From Daphnia carinata (Eukaryota): a stretch of DNA of 64,000 bases. Of this stretch, positions 50,509 to 62,659 are shown piece after piece. The notes beneath the pieces are model-generated. The model was not told where the DNA came from, ran no database searches, and saw nothing but the letters and a program-made list of their open reading frames with translations. Every line of letters begins with the position of its first letter. Positions within the stretch are counted from its first letter, which is position 1. The stretch is from the NCBI RefSeq assembly GCF_022539665.2, contig NC_081333.1, positions 5,022,001-5,086,000 on the forward strand, in the 5' to 3' direction. A program made the position numbers and the translations under genes.

Positions 50509-52563
50509 ATGGTTCGCAACTATGTTAGGAAAAGCTCGCAGCCGCGTCCGTCGGAGGAAACACTGCAACTTGCCGTTGCGGAGGTGATGGAGAAGCGCAT
50601 GTCCCTCAGAGCAGCAGCGCAGTATTTCGGGCTTGCTAGATCTACTGTAGCTGACTACGTCCGTAAAGTCCGCGTAAATGGCGACATCGTTCCCAACCAG
50701 TTAAAGCGATGTCAACTGTGATGAGGCTAACTCCTCATCCAGTGCAGCGAGCTGTCAATCACCGGCACCACTACCACGCACGGCAACGAGGCACCCAAGC
50801 ATCTACTTACCACCCACGACGCTTCCAAGGAAGTCTACAGCCACGTAGGCAACCACGTCCACACCTTGAGTCGCAACTCACGATCCCGCGTTATCTATAA
50901 AAAACGCGCCCACGGTTGCGACGTCAAGGAGTAACACCACCGTGACTTATACAAGTGCTTTATTGTATCGTGCTGTGCCAGGAGTTAATACATTCATGTG
51001 AAACGATTATGTGCATTGTTTAATATCAACTTAACATTATGCACACTACACAACACATAAGGCAAATCTTTACTGCTGGTTTAGAGAGCGAACTTGCCGA
51101 TTATTTGAAAAAGTGTTCGCTGATGAACCACGGCCTGACTCCACTGGAAACCCGTAAACTGGCATTTTCATTTGCCGCCGCCAACAACGTTCAAGTCCCT
51201 TTTAACTGGAAAATCACTGAAGCTGCTTCTCGCGATTGGTTTTCGGGCTTTCTTAAAAGAAATCCAACTTTGGCCATCCGTGCTCCAGAACAAACAAGCC
51301 AGGGCCGCGCAAGCGGCTTCAACAAACCCGTCGTAGCCAAATTTTTCGACAATTTGATGACAGTAATGCTTCTCTACAATTTTTCCGCCTTCCGAATCTG
51401 GAACACTGACGAAACCGGCATCCCAACGGTTATGCCTCCCCCGAAAGTTGTCACCACGAAAGGACTTAAGCAAGTGCAACAAACTGTCTCGCACGAACGC
51501 GACGTAAATGTCACGATGCTAGCCTTCATATCTGCTGCTGGCACGCACATCCCACCAGTCTACATTTTCCCGCGGAAAAATTTTTTAACATCAATGACGC
51601 GAGCTGGCCCTACTGGGTGTGTGGGATTCGCGCATCCGTCAGGATGGATCAACGGCGACACATTCCTAGATAGCCTGAAACATTTCGCCGCTTGCACGGG
51701 CTGCTCCAAGGAAGTTCCCCATTTGTTGCTACTGGATAACCATTCCAGCCATCTAGATCTAAACGTTATCAACTTCGCTAGAGATAATGGGATTGTGATG
51801 TTGACTTTCCCGCCTCACTGTTCACATAAATTACAGCCCCTGGACGTAAGCGTTTTCGGGCCATCCAAAAGCGCGCTCAGGACTTCGTTTAATGATTGGC
51901 AGGATCTCAATCCAGGTGGCCGGATTTCAATCCATCAAATTGCGGAGCTCAGCCGAAAGCCATATGAACGGTCATTCAATACATCGAACATCATCAGTGG
52001 TTTTTCTAAGTCTGGTATATTCCCTTTTGATCGTGATACATTTTCAGATGCCGATTTCTTACCATCATTTGCAACCGATCGCCTCGATTGTAAGTGTCTT
52101 CTTCACACATTGTTAGTTTTGGAGCAATTTGAATTACCCTGGTTTCTTATTGGTTCTAGTTTCTGCGGCCGCTACTCCTGCAACATCCACCGTGATCCTA
52201 GCGACCGTTCATCAACCGTCATCAACTGTTGTCGCACCATGTGCAATTAGGCCTTTCCCTCAAATCAACCAAGATAGGCAAACAACAGGCCGTAAAAGGA
52301 ATGCCGGTAGAACGCGCATCCTCACTAGCACTCCAGAGAAGAATTCTTTGGAACAGGATCATATGTCAAAACGTAAAAAAGTTCCCGCTCCAGCTATTCC
52401 CAGAAAGAACAACAAAGAAAACGAAGAGAATTTTGAACCGAGAGCAGAGGCTACTGAAGATTTCAGTTCATCCATCAGTTCTTCGGATCTGCCCCCAATT
52501 CCGTCGCCTAAAAGAACCCGCTCCGGTAGAACAGTGAAAAACGTTCAAAAAATTGCTCTTTAA
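50509..52563 (+). pseudogene. Transposase of element B (HTH_psq + CENP-B HTH + DDE_1), interrupted only by a solo LTR; intron 52090-52159
   Basis: MVRNYVRK...MSLRAAAQYFGLARSTV, ASRDWFSGFLKRNP, WNTDETG, LLLDNHSSH, KLQPLD. Confidence 0.9.
50717..51025 (+). mobile_element. Solo LTR-like insertion (309 bp) in transposase B
   Basis: 5-bp TSD TCAAC (50712-50716, 51026-51030), starts TGT, internal TATAAAA, ends TTAATA rather than CA. Excision restores the frame QLKRCQLNIMHTTQHIRQIF. Confidence 0.82.
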
Positions 52564-53658
52564 GTATTTTCCAATGTCAACTGTTTGAAGAAATATATAT
52601 TTTCTTAATGCCAACGCCAGTACAATGTTTTATTCACTTTTTAAAATTATTAGTAGATGTTATTTTGATAATAAGTAGATGTGGACGGTTTAACCCACAC
52701 CCTGTCCGACTTCACCCCGCATAGTTTAATATGGGTCCATTTTTTTTAAAATTCAAAATCTAATAACACTTTTGTTTATTATCGAGCGATCATGAAAGAG
52801 TTACAGGACCTAGCGCAAAGTTTGGCGATTCAACTGGTGCAAAAAAATTAACCGAATTGCAAACCAGTGAAAAGTAATTCACTTACAGCGAATTCCGTCC
52901 GGACTAGCCCCGGTCTCCCCTAAGGTAAAATTGAAGAAACCCATTAACTAATTATATCAAACCGTAGAGAAAGTTAAGGACTACAAATTAAGCACAAGTC
53001 TGTCCCATTAAATACTAATTTATGCTAATGTCAGCAATAAGAAAAAAACCCATTCCTGCTAATTTGGGACAGTCGACGCTAATTTTGGACACAGTTATTT
53101 TCGAAAAAGAAAATAAATTTTTTTTTCAAGAGTTTTACATCAATCGATGCAGAATTCAAAAAGAAATAGATTGATGTGGGATATTTGTACGTTTTTTTGT
53201 ATCCTTTTGATGTAAATTGCAAAAAAATACTTTGAGGCCTTAGATTCTAGTCTGGCTTCATCCACGCAGCTTTTTTTTTTAATTAACTTACATCCTTTCA
53301 CTTTTTTTTCGTAACTTCAAAGCTAATAGACTCTTTGTAATTTTCAAGGTAATTGGGTATTTTTGTTTCCTCTTATGAGGTAGAAAACAAAAAAATTTTA
53401 TGAAACTGTTGTACCTTATTGGGACACACGCTTTTTTTAGATTTTTCAGAAATTCCAGTGGTTTTTCACGCTTTTCATGGTCTTTTTACTTTTGGTAATA
53501 GAAATTTACTTATAAGTTATTATGTTTAGGTAAAACTATTTTTAAAAACTGTTTTCCCCTTCCAGTCATAACCCCATTTGTTTGTGCTTTACGTAAAAGC
53601 ACTAATTCGGGACATTCTTTGCGAAGAAAATGGGATGGCGGATTTTTTTTACGATAAG

Positions 53659-53729
53659 ACCCAGGTAGCTCAGGGGATGAATGCTTGGCTGGGGAGACGA
53701 AGGTCTGAGGTTCAATCCTCACCATCGGT
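53659..53729 (+). other. tRNA-like Pol III (A/B box) unit L1 inside pogo-A
   Basis: TAGCTCAGGGG...GAAGGTCTGAGGTTCAATCC with tRNA-like spacing; stems poorly paired. Confidence 0.6.
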
Positions 53730-53876
53730 TATTAATTGTCGCGTTTTATTAATTCGTTCAAAGAATTTATGTGGCGTGGAAGATGTGCGTCTTCACGTCA
53801 GATAAACTCTAAAAAAATAACATTTTTACTTGCATTTTTTGGTTTGTTTCAAATGTTGTTTATAAATACAAATTAT

Positions 53877-53948
53877 AGGTAGATAGCTCTGTGGTAGAGC
53901 ACTAGCCTTACAGTCGTAAGGACTGAGGATCAATCCCAGACAATGGCT
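53877..53948 (+). other. tRNA-like Pol III unit L2 inside pogo-A
   Basis: TAGCTCTGTGGTAGAGCA...AAGGACTGAGGATCAATCC. Confidence 0.55.
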
Positions 53949-54052
53949 AAATCTTAATAGTTGATAAAAGGCTAGAAAACTATCTAACCAGTAAAAATAT
54001 GCTGATGGAGAATAGGATTTTTTAATGAGTTTTTCATTTCTCTGTTTCAAAG

Positions 54053-56978
54053 ATGGCTTACACTACAGAGGATCTAGAGAATGCGGTCGCAACCTACATC
54101 TCCGGTGATGGATCGTATCGAAGCGTCGCCAGCATGTTTGGCATTCCCAAATCCACGCTCAGTCACAAGGTATTTGTAATTCATTTTCCAATCATATTCA
54201 GAAAAGTTAAATGCACTGACTAACGATTGTAATTGTAATTGTATTTGCTAATTATGATATTGCTTGTATTCGCACATTAAGATCTTAAAGTTTGCCGGCG
54301 GTTGCAACAAGGAAGGGCCAATTAAAAACAAAAGAGGAAGGCCAACTCTTCTGTTAGAAGAAGACGAAATCGTTATCGCTAATTGGTTTCGCAGTATGGC
54401 TAGCAAAGGGTTTCCGGTGACAAACAAGGAATTGCTGGATTCCATTAAGCATACCTTGAATAGGGCGAAACGGACCACAATATTTGCTAATAATCGCCCA
54501 ACGGAAAGATGGCTTCCGAAGTTTACAAAGCGGCATAACCTGTCATTGAGAACAGCAGAAACTTTGGACCTCGGCAAGAGCCATGTAACGCCTCACGACC
54601 TCCTGCAATGGGCATCACATGTTGAAAAATATTTCAAGTTGGTTTTCATTTTAATATTTTTTGCCGTAGCTTGGTTCTCGTTGCACCCGCACCTGTTTTT
54701 AGCTGCACAACTTCACATTCGCATTGTTTTTATCGATTAACACATATCATGAGGAATTTTTATTTATCTATAATTTTGTTTCATAGTGAGAACGGCTTAG
54801 AGGGCATTTTCACCGATCCCAGAAGATCTTTCAATTGTGATGAAAGTTTCTTTCTTCTTGCACCAGGCAAAGGGAAAGTCTTGTCAGAAATTGAAGCTAG
54901 AGATGTTTATCTCTAACTGAAAAGTTCTGCCAAGACTGGTGTCTCTGTTTTGGCTACCATCTCGGCGTCTGGTTGGATTTTACCCCCCTTTGTCATTTAC
55001 CCTTCTGAGCGAACACAGCAATGGATGTTGCAAGAACAAATGCCACCTGGCTTTAAGGTATTTTGTACCAAGAAAGGGTGGATGACGGTCGATGCCTTTT
55101 GCTATTGGCTGTCACATCAATTCGTTCCTCAATTGAAGATGAAGGATGTCCAGTTCCCCGTGGTGCTATATCTGGATGGCCACCGCAGCCACATTAATAT
55201 CCGGATTTCGGATATTTGCACTGAAAACCAGATCATCTTAATCTGTTTTCCCCCAAACACAACACATATATTGCAGCCGTGTGATGTGGCTCTTTTTAAG
55301 CCCTTGAAGAGCCTTTGGAAAACCAAAGTTCACGAGTGGACAGGAAAGGATCCAATGAATAAAGTCACGGTGAAGAATATGGCCCATTTGCTCAACGAAG
55401 TGTGGCAAAATTTGCCTACTAAGTATGGGCAAAATGGTTTCAGAGCTTGTGGCTTGTATCCATGGAATCCCGATGCCGTAAAGTAAGTTTTTAGCTATTT
55501 GAACATTTAATAGACTTCTTAACTAATAGCGTTTGCATTTTAGAATTTCCAAATGTTTGTACAAAGATGACGAACAAGATGACGAGAGAGATAGCGATGG
55601 CGCCCCTATTTCTTCTTTGGACTTGCTTGAAGAGCCTCCTGCCCAAGAAAGTTCTTCATCGCAATCAGATCTAAATTCTGGGGGATTTCCTGATTCTGTA
55701 AGTATATGTTGTTATTAGGTATTGTATTCTTTGATTACTTTTTCTAATTGATCGAATTCATTCTTAGTCTAAAGATGCATCCATTAGCGAACTGCAGCCT
55801 CTTGCCTCGGTGCCACTAACTGGAGTTCATTCATCAACACTGCTATTGGATTCATCGTTGAACCCAGTATACGTAAGGTTTCTACTATCTTTATTCGTGA
55901 AACATGTTTTAACATTGTATTAAAATCCAAGAGTGGACATGCAATCCTGGCAGAATTTGAAAAGAATATCTCGCCAGTTACAATAGACAGGTTCATTCAA
56001 ATTCTGGGATGCGAAAAACAAGGCCGAGTTTCGGAAATGGCCAACCAATTAAGTGATATGGATAAGGTCAAGTACGAATTGTGGAAAGACCTTATTCAAA
56101 GATATTTTGGAGAAATCAGAGGTAAGCGAAAAGAGTTACGTATTTCCTTCATATTCAAGGCTAATTTTTGCATTTTGCGTTTCCAGCTGTATCGACATGC
56201 AAACATCCCTCAAAACTGGATTTTGGTCCCCTTCCCAAGATTTCAAAATCTTCACGGAAGCGCGATCCGCCGTTAGCCATTCTCACTACAGAAAAAGCCA
56301 AAAAACATTTGGCGGGAGTGGAAAAACGGAGGCAGCAGCTAACTGGGAAAAGTGCCGGAAAGGAAAATTTTCTTCAAAAAACCAATGCGCCACAGTTGGA
56401 TGATGACTTCTACGACGACGTGGACGAGGAATACATCCAATACATGGAAATGTAAGTTAAATTTGTCATTTTAAGAAATATCGTTTACACAGCATTTTGG
56501 TGGGAACGTACATTTCCAGTCGCTGCCAACACCTGGACCATCTGAGGCTAATACTCCTCTTGTCACTTTGGCAAAAGATGGTAAGTTTTCATGGTATGGT
56601 TATAGCACTTGGTTAGTTTAATGTTTTGAATTCCCTAATTACTTATAATTATTTATTCTGCTTTACAGTCTGAAGACGAAAGGAAAAAAGGGCAAAAAGA
56701 CGGCAGACAAGGTCTTTATAGAAGGATCCCGCCGCTCATCGAGGCTTCAAGCACGATTGAGAGTCGGGGATCCTTCTGCCTTTATCGACGAAACCCAACA
56801 AAAGTTGCTAAGTGTTCTCTGTATGCTGTGTAAAAGCACAGGTACAGAGGATGATTGCAACCAATGTAGGGTTTGTGATTCGTGGATCCATGAGACCTGT
56901 TTCGGTATGGATAACCTTAAGGAACATGGCATCACCAGCTTTTGTTGTCCAACTTGCATGGACACCTTTGTCAAGTAA
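54053..56978 (+). pseudogene. Multi-exon transposase of element A: HTH_psq, CENP-B HTH, DDE_1, C-terminal PHD finger; one premature stop seen
   Basis: SYRSVASMFGIPKSTL, PTERWLPKFTKRH, FNCDES, LYLDGHRSH, LQPCD, GFRACGLYPWNP and CMLC...CRVCDSWIHETC...FCCPTC*. TAA at 54914-54916 is in frame. Confidence 0.88.
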
Positions 56979-57324
56979 GCAAAAGCTTTTCAGTTTCCAG
57001 TTTTCTGCTTGGTTTTTAATACAATCTATTTTACTTTAAAGAAACAAGGACGTTAAAGGAAAAAGTGCCAGCAAATAGGTTTTTTTTTATACATTTACCG
57101 CTTGTTTTACTAGCCACTTGTCATGTTACTGTGAAATTACACTGCTTTTTTTTTGTTTTCATTGTTGAGGAAATACGCTTTATTTTCTTGTTCTCTAAAA
57201 TCACACAAAAGGATCCCAAGGAACTCACTAAAACTCCCTACTTTTTCTTACAAACATGCAATTCCATAATATCACACAAAATGTGATAAAAAAACAATAA
57301 TGGAAAATAATAAATATTTATCCC

Positions 57325-59210
57325 ATTAAGCATCTATCCTTCAATCCTTTAATTACCATTCCAACATCTTCCCACAGAGCTACTGTCACCGAAATTTTAA
57401 TGAATGATACAGCTCGCAATAAGAATAGCCCTCACCGATTACATGAATATTGTCGCATAATTTTTATAATGTGCAATAGCCATGCAGAGGAAGATTAAAC
57501 AAGTTTGTCATTCTGTGTCATTGCAGATGTAAAAGTATCTCACAAAATGTTCGAAAAAGTGAAAAATTACTCAAAGCTAACTGTTCATATTCTGCAACTG
57601 GATTTGAAACATCAATCTTCGTGTTGACAATCCAAGGTCTTACGACTATCGCACTCTTGACAGACCGACTAAGAAAACTATAATACGTCATTTAGTACGC
57701 AGTGGGCTGTCCCAAATTAGCGTCATGAGAGCTTATGCAAAAAACAGAGGACTTGCAATCACCGATTAGATGAATATTATAACATGATTTTCACAAAATA
57801 TTCAACAGCCATGTAGAGAAAACTTTAAAAAATCGATTGCCACCAATATTGTTGATATATCTTTAGTTTAAGTTGTTCTTAGTGATTTCAAAAATATCTC
57901 ACCAAATAGGAAAATTTCTAAAATGAGGATATGAAAAATTAAATATGGTGCTAATGCGGTATAGATCCATCACCCTTCAGGTCAGCAACCCACCGTCTTA
58001 CAGCTACGCCATGTTTAACACAAGTTGACAGAAAAGCCTAGCACGTCATTTAGTATGTAGTCTGCTGTCCCAAATTAGCGTCATGGGGCCTTATGTGAAA
58101 AACATAAAAATTGCAATTCCCGATTAGATGCATATTTTCACATGATTTTCATAAAATATTCAACAGCCATGTAGAGAAAACTTAAACGAATCTATTGATC
58201 CTAATTTTATTGATATTGAAGTAGTGTGAGGTATCTTTAGTGATTTCGAAATATCTCACAAAAAAGGGAAAAATGAGGAAATGAGTGAAAATCGTAAAGG
58301 TTAGTCGGAACGTCTTACGACTCTGCCATGGTTCACAGAAAATAACTAAAATGCATAACATGTCTTTTTTTATGTAGTCTGCTGTCCCAAATTAGCGTCA
58401 CGGGGGCTTATGTAAAAAATTTTTGGTTTAAAATTTTTAATCGAATTAAAATTTAAATCATTGGTTAGATGAATATTGTCATATGATTTTCATAAAATAT
58501 TTAACAGCCCTGTGGAGAACATTTAAACGAATCTATTAATACCAAGATTTGTTGATATTGCGTTTGCTTAAAGTGTCTTTGGCGATTGTATAAAATCTCA
58601 CAAAATAAGATTAAAAATTACAAGTAATAAAAAAATATTTGCACAAGAGCCCCAACTGGTATTGAACCACCAACCTTCGAGTTGGTGTTCCAACACCGTA
58701 CGACTATGCCACTTTTGATTTATAATAGAAACACAACCTACCAACGTTATTTAGTTTATAGTATGATGTCCCAAATTAGTGCCATGGGAGCTTATGTAAA
58801 AAATATGAAAATTGCCATCACTGGTTAGATGAATATTGTAAGCTAGCTAAGGTGATGAAGTTTTTGATTTATAACCGGAATTTAGGCGAACCCAGGGAAG
58901 TAATAATAATTGGAAAAATGTTAGCTTTGGATGATTAAAATGAATTAACAATCGCTCTTGAAAAAAAAAATTCGCATGGTTAAAAAAAGTGAGCTGAAAT
59001 ATGTAAACAATGAAATACAATCAGTCACTATGTAGGGTTGAACCACCGACTTCCAAACTTGCACGCCAAAGCCTTATGACTGTGCTATGATCATTTTGTA
59101 AATTTTTGTATACAACTTATACAAATCAATATAGTCTGCTGTACAGATTTAGCGTCATGGGAGCTTATGGGAAAATAGGCTAAAATCAGTCAGCGATTAA
59201 ATGAATAGTA
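57325..59210 (-). repeat. Tandem array of ~320-385-bp diverged units, each with a TIR-like motif and a tRNA-like unit
   Basis: TGTCCCAAATTAGCGTCA-type motif at 57708, 58066, 58383, 58767 and 59140. A shared TTAGATGAATATT...AAATATT.AACAGCC.TGT block recurs, and minus-strand A/B boxes are present. Confidence 0.85.
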
Positions 59211-59797
59211 TATGTCTACGTTAACGACTTTTAACGCATTGTTACGAAACAGTCGACGAACATTCTTACGGCGATATTTGGTAGGATAGGGCAAGTTAAA
59301 AACAATTTTTTTCGGTTTAAAATTTCGGACATTACGGCGTGTTTACGGGAAGTGCTTATGCTTTTTTCTCGAAAATTTCAATCACATTTTTTTTTTCGTT
59401 TTTACCGTGGAACCTATAACCTATTGGCTACTTAAAGAGCGAAGTGTTTAATACAATTTTAAAAATCTATATTTTATGTTTTTGGGGTGAATTTCAATTG
59501 CAAGTTACCAGGCCTGAAAAATAAGGTCTCGTTTTGACAGCTCATTGTTTTGGTTGTTGAAACATAAATTTCGCAATATTTTTCTATTGCACCCCCTTCG
59601 GTGTCTTAAGCTATTCGATTCAGAATTAAAAACTGAATCGAATGAATAAATTAGTTTTTAAAAATAAGACTGTCCAGAATTAGTAGAAATGTCCAATGAA
59701 TTAGGGTTTTTGTCCGAAATTAGCAGATCGGCTTTACACGCATTCCCCATAAGAAAGGCTGTTAGCCCAAACGCTGTCCCAATTCGCTCTTTTACCC

Positions 59798-60679
59798 TAG
59801 TACTCGGGAGCCTTTGTAGTGTAGTATCGAGGGGCTTCAGTCTTGTAATACATGGGGACCTCAGTGTAATAAGCTAGAGGTGCGTAAGAGGTTGTGTAAT
59901 ACTCAGCTTTCTTGGTGTAATACTCAGGAGCTGCAGTAGAGTAGTATTCAGCGGCCTTTGGGTGTATTATTGGGGAGCTCCGGTGTAGTAAACTGGAGCA
60001 GCATAAGTAGTGGTACAGTACTTGGTAGGCTCGGTGTAGTAACTTGGCGGAACACACGTTGTGTACTCGAAAGCATTTGTAGTGTAGTATTGCGGAGCCT
60101 AAGTGTAATAAGAAGGAGCGGCGTAAGTGTAGTGTAGTACTTCGGGGCTTCTGCATAGTAGCCTGGTGCAGCATAGGTTGTGATGTATTGTGTAACAGCC
60201 TTTTGTAGAGTAGTATTGTGGAGCATCCGTCCTGTAGTACATGGCGGCCTCTGTGTAGTAAGCTGGGGCAGGGTACGTAGTAGTATAGTATTCTGCAGCC
60301 CTTCTGGTGTAGTAAGACGGGGCAGCATAAGTTGTGGTGTGGTAGGTAGGTTCCACGTAGTAAGAAGAAGCAGCCGTGGTGTAGTAACTTGGGGCAGCGT
60401 AGCGTTTCGTAGCTTCAGCGTATTATGTCGGCTCAGTGTAATAAGACGGGGCAGCTTCAGTGTAGTAAGTTGGTGCTACATAATATTTGGCTGCTTCGGT
60501 TGTCGTGTAGTGGGCAACTCTAGTGGTAGCGTAGCTGGTGGCAGCATAATATGTACGGGGAGCTTCAGTATAGTAGCTCGGTGTAGCGTATGTCGTTGTG
60601 TAAGTACATCAGAGCAACATACGTAGTTGTGTGGTAAGAGGCTGCAGTGTAGTATTCCACCCATTTAGTTGTGTAATAC
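59798..60679 (-). pseudogene. Tyr/Thr-repeat gene, middle fragment (frameshifted)
   Basis: Repeats YYTTTYAAPSYYTEAPKYY switch between frames; truncated at 60680 by an LTR. Confidence 0.8.
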
Positions 60680-61012
60680 TGTTACGGAGGTAGCCGGCGC
60701 TGGACCCAAAAACCGGGACAGCGAGACAGGTAGTCGCGCAGACGTTAGGATAGATGGGTAATTCCAAAGCTCAGGCAATACGAAGTGTATTTGTCAGGGT
60801 AACACTTTCACAAGTTCAACACCATTACACACAAGTACGCGAAGGGAAGCCAGCGATAGCGCAAAGCTCCTTCTTTCAACCACACAGTAGACGGCGAGGT
60901 TCCAGACTGCCCTGCGTGACTCTGAGCAGACGACCCGTCGCCTACTTACCGGTTGGCCATCTATTGAGGGGGTATATGGTAGGACACTGTTATGAGGTAT
61001 GAAACTGTAACA
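60680..61012 (-). repeat. 3' LTR (333 bp) of a minus-strand gypsy element
   Basis: TGTTAC...GTAACA inverted termini, preceded on the minus strand by purine tract AGAAAGGGCCGAA (61013-61025). Confidence 0.8.
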
Positions 61013-61507
61013 TTCGGCCCTTTCTGACTCGAAGTTACACAGAACAATACAAATAAAACACAGAGGGTTTTCTGGAACTTCGAAATGGCCCTCACAGAAA
61101 AGAAGACAAACGAAAAACAGAACAAAAAAGGGAAAACACTATCGACTACTCGAGAAGAGAAAAAAAAAAAAGGTACGAGACAATGAGAGAAAGAAAAAAA
61201 AATAATAAAATATTCTCCCTGAGGCTTACGGCTCTTTACACCCACCCAAATGACGGCGATTTACGAAACCAAAAAAAACATAATAAATAACAAATAACAT
61301 CCCCAGCAAAAGAAGAAAGAGAAAAAAAAGAAAACAAACAACGATTTATCAAAACAAAAGAAAACAAAACATCAAATGACATCATCACCCGCCCAAAACA
61401 AGAAAGAAAGAAGAAAAAAAAAAGGAAAAAAAAAACACCGTAACAAAACCAATAACTCCCCCCCCCCCAAAAAAAAAACACGATAGAGAAAGAAGAGCGT
61501 GTACGTG

Positions 61508-61780
61508 TTATGTTTGGTAGTCGTTCATCCATGCAAGTCTTTTTGTCCGTCTCCCAGCTCTAGTAGTTGTTGTTGGCCTGTCGTCTTGTGGAAGCTCTTC
61601 CGACTCGGACGAAGATGAGTCGCTCGAAGAAGACGAATATGAAGACTCGTCGACTGTTACATTTTCCGAAGCGTCCCACTCCACATCCGACCGACCATGG
61701 AAGCGACGAATCTGGTAGACGTGGACGTTAAAACGCCTGTACGATGACTTTATCCGTTGCGCTGGCAGATCATCGACTAG
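61508..61780 (-). mobile_element. Gypsy pol/integrase C-terminal tail of the outer LTR element
   Basis: LVDDLPAQRIKSSYRRFNVHVYQIRRF resembles the SH3-like integrase tail; it ends TRAGRRTKRLAWMNDY; cut exactly at the TGT at 61781. Confidence 0.65.
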
Positions 61781-62584
61781 TGTAAAGCATCTCCTTCTGA
61801 AGAGTAGCTTTACAGATTCAAAACATTTAAAATAATAATAATAATAATAGTAATAATAGGACTCGGAGGCGATTTTCCCCACACGACGATTATATTTGTC
61901 TAAGTAAAGCACAACGATACAGAAAAGAGTTGGAATAAGACATAAGTAGTCGGCAAAGGGAGAGTGAAAGAGAGAGAGAGACCGAAGTGTAATCTGACAC
62001 CTAGCGTAAGCTTACCGCAGTGACTCGTGTGAAGCACGGGCGTGGATATCAGAGAAGGCGGCGGGTAACAGAAGCTCGTCGGCACGTGGTTTAAACAATA
62101 CCGATGAAATTGACACACTTCAGCACGTGACACCGATCAGATTGTTAGTATAGAGTTACTATTGGGAAGTCACTAGCTAAACTTGAACTCTGCCTGTGAG
62201 AGTCAGATGCACACCGACAGCCGACTTCAACCTGACTGTTGAAGTAGAATACCCGTTGTTAACTGAACTCTCTCAGGTCTTTAGTTCACCACGAAACCCC
62301 GTATATTGCACCACAATTAACTGATGCGCAATTACACGTTGCAACTAATGAAATTTGATACAGCATGTTGATGGTGCAATACTGATCAGCATAAAGCCGC
62401 CAATCACAGTTGTTGTTAAGCGGCGTAGTGCCGATGTAATATGATACGGTATGCGGTGTAATTTATATTGCGCCGTTACAATTGCGCGGTTATGCTATTA
62501 CGAAATACATAGGTACACATATGAGTCAACAATAAAGGCACAAAAAAGGCATATTGAATAAAAGTATTTATTGGCTTTGTTACA
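61781..62584 (-). repeat. Probable 3' LTR (804 bp) of the env-bearing inner element
   Basis: TGTAA...TTACA termini with purine-rich GCCAGGAGTGA just upstream on the minus strand. Shares the terminal TGTAAAGCAT with solo LTR 35074-35920. The partner LTR is outside the window. Confidence 0.65.
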
Positions 62585-62659
62585 TCACTCCTGGCGGCGT
62601 GAGATTACGTTCCGTAATCAGACGGGATGCATGGGAATGGATTCAGAGGATGTTGAATG

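Larger units (their letters stand above)
49866..52920 (+). mobile_element. pogo/Fot1-like DNA transposon B nested in A
   Basis: TIRs GGGGAGACCGGGGCTAGACCGGACGG / CCGTCCGGACTAGCCCCGGTCTCCCC (25/26) and TA TSDs at 49864-49865 and 52921-52922. Confidence 0.95.
49578..59797 (+). mobile_element. pogo/Tigger-like DNA transposon A (about 7.2 kb without the nested element)
   Basis: TIRs GGGTAAAAGCGCGAATTGGGACA / TGTCCCAATTCGCTCTTTTACCC (22/23), TA TSDs at 49576-49577 and 59798-59799, and an internal transposase. Confidence 0.92.

Noticed and set aside
53659..53948. Functional tRNA genes
   Set aside because: A/B boxes are present but the acceptor and anticodon stems do not pair convincingly, so they are reported only as tRNA-like.
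57325..59210. CRISPR-like array (regular conserved motif with variable intervals)
   Set aside because: The intervals are homologous to one another, units are over 300 bp, there are no cas genes and the context is a eukaryotic transposon. It is a tandem subterminal array.
60961..61532. Phe-rich membrane-like ORFs
   Set aside because: They come from the A/T-tract 3' UTR of the gypsy element.
61781..61912. Poly-Tyr N-terminus of ORF 61508-61912
   Set aside because: It is a (TAA/TAG)n microsatellite in the LTR, fused by chance to the integrase-tail frame.
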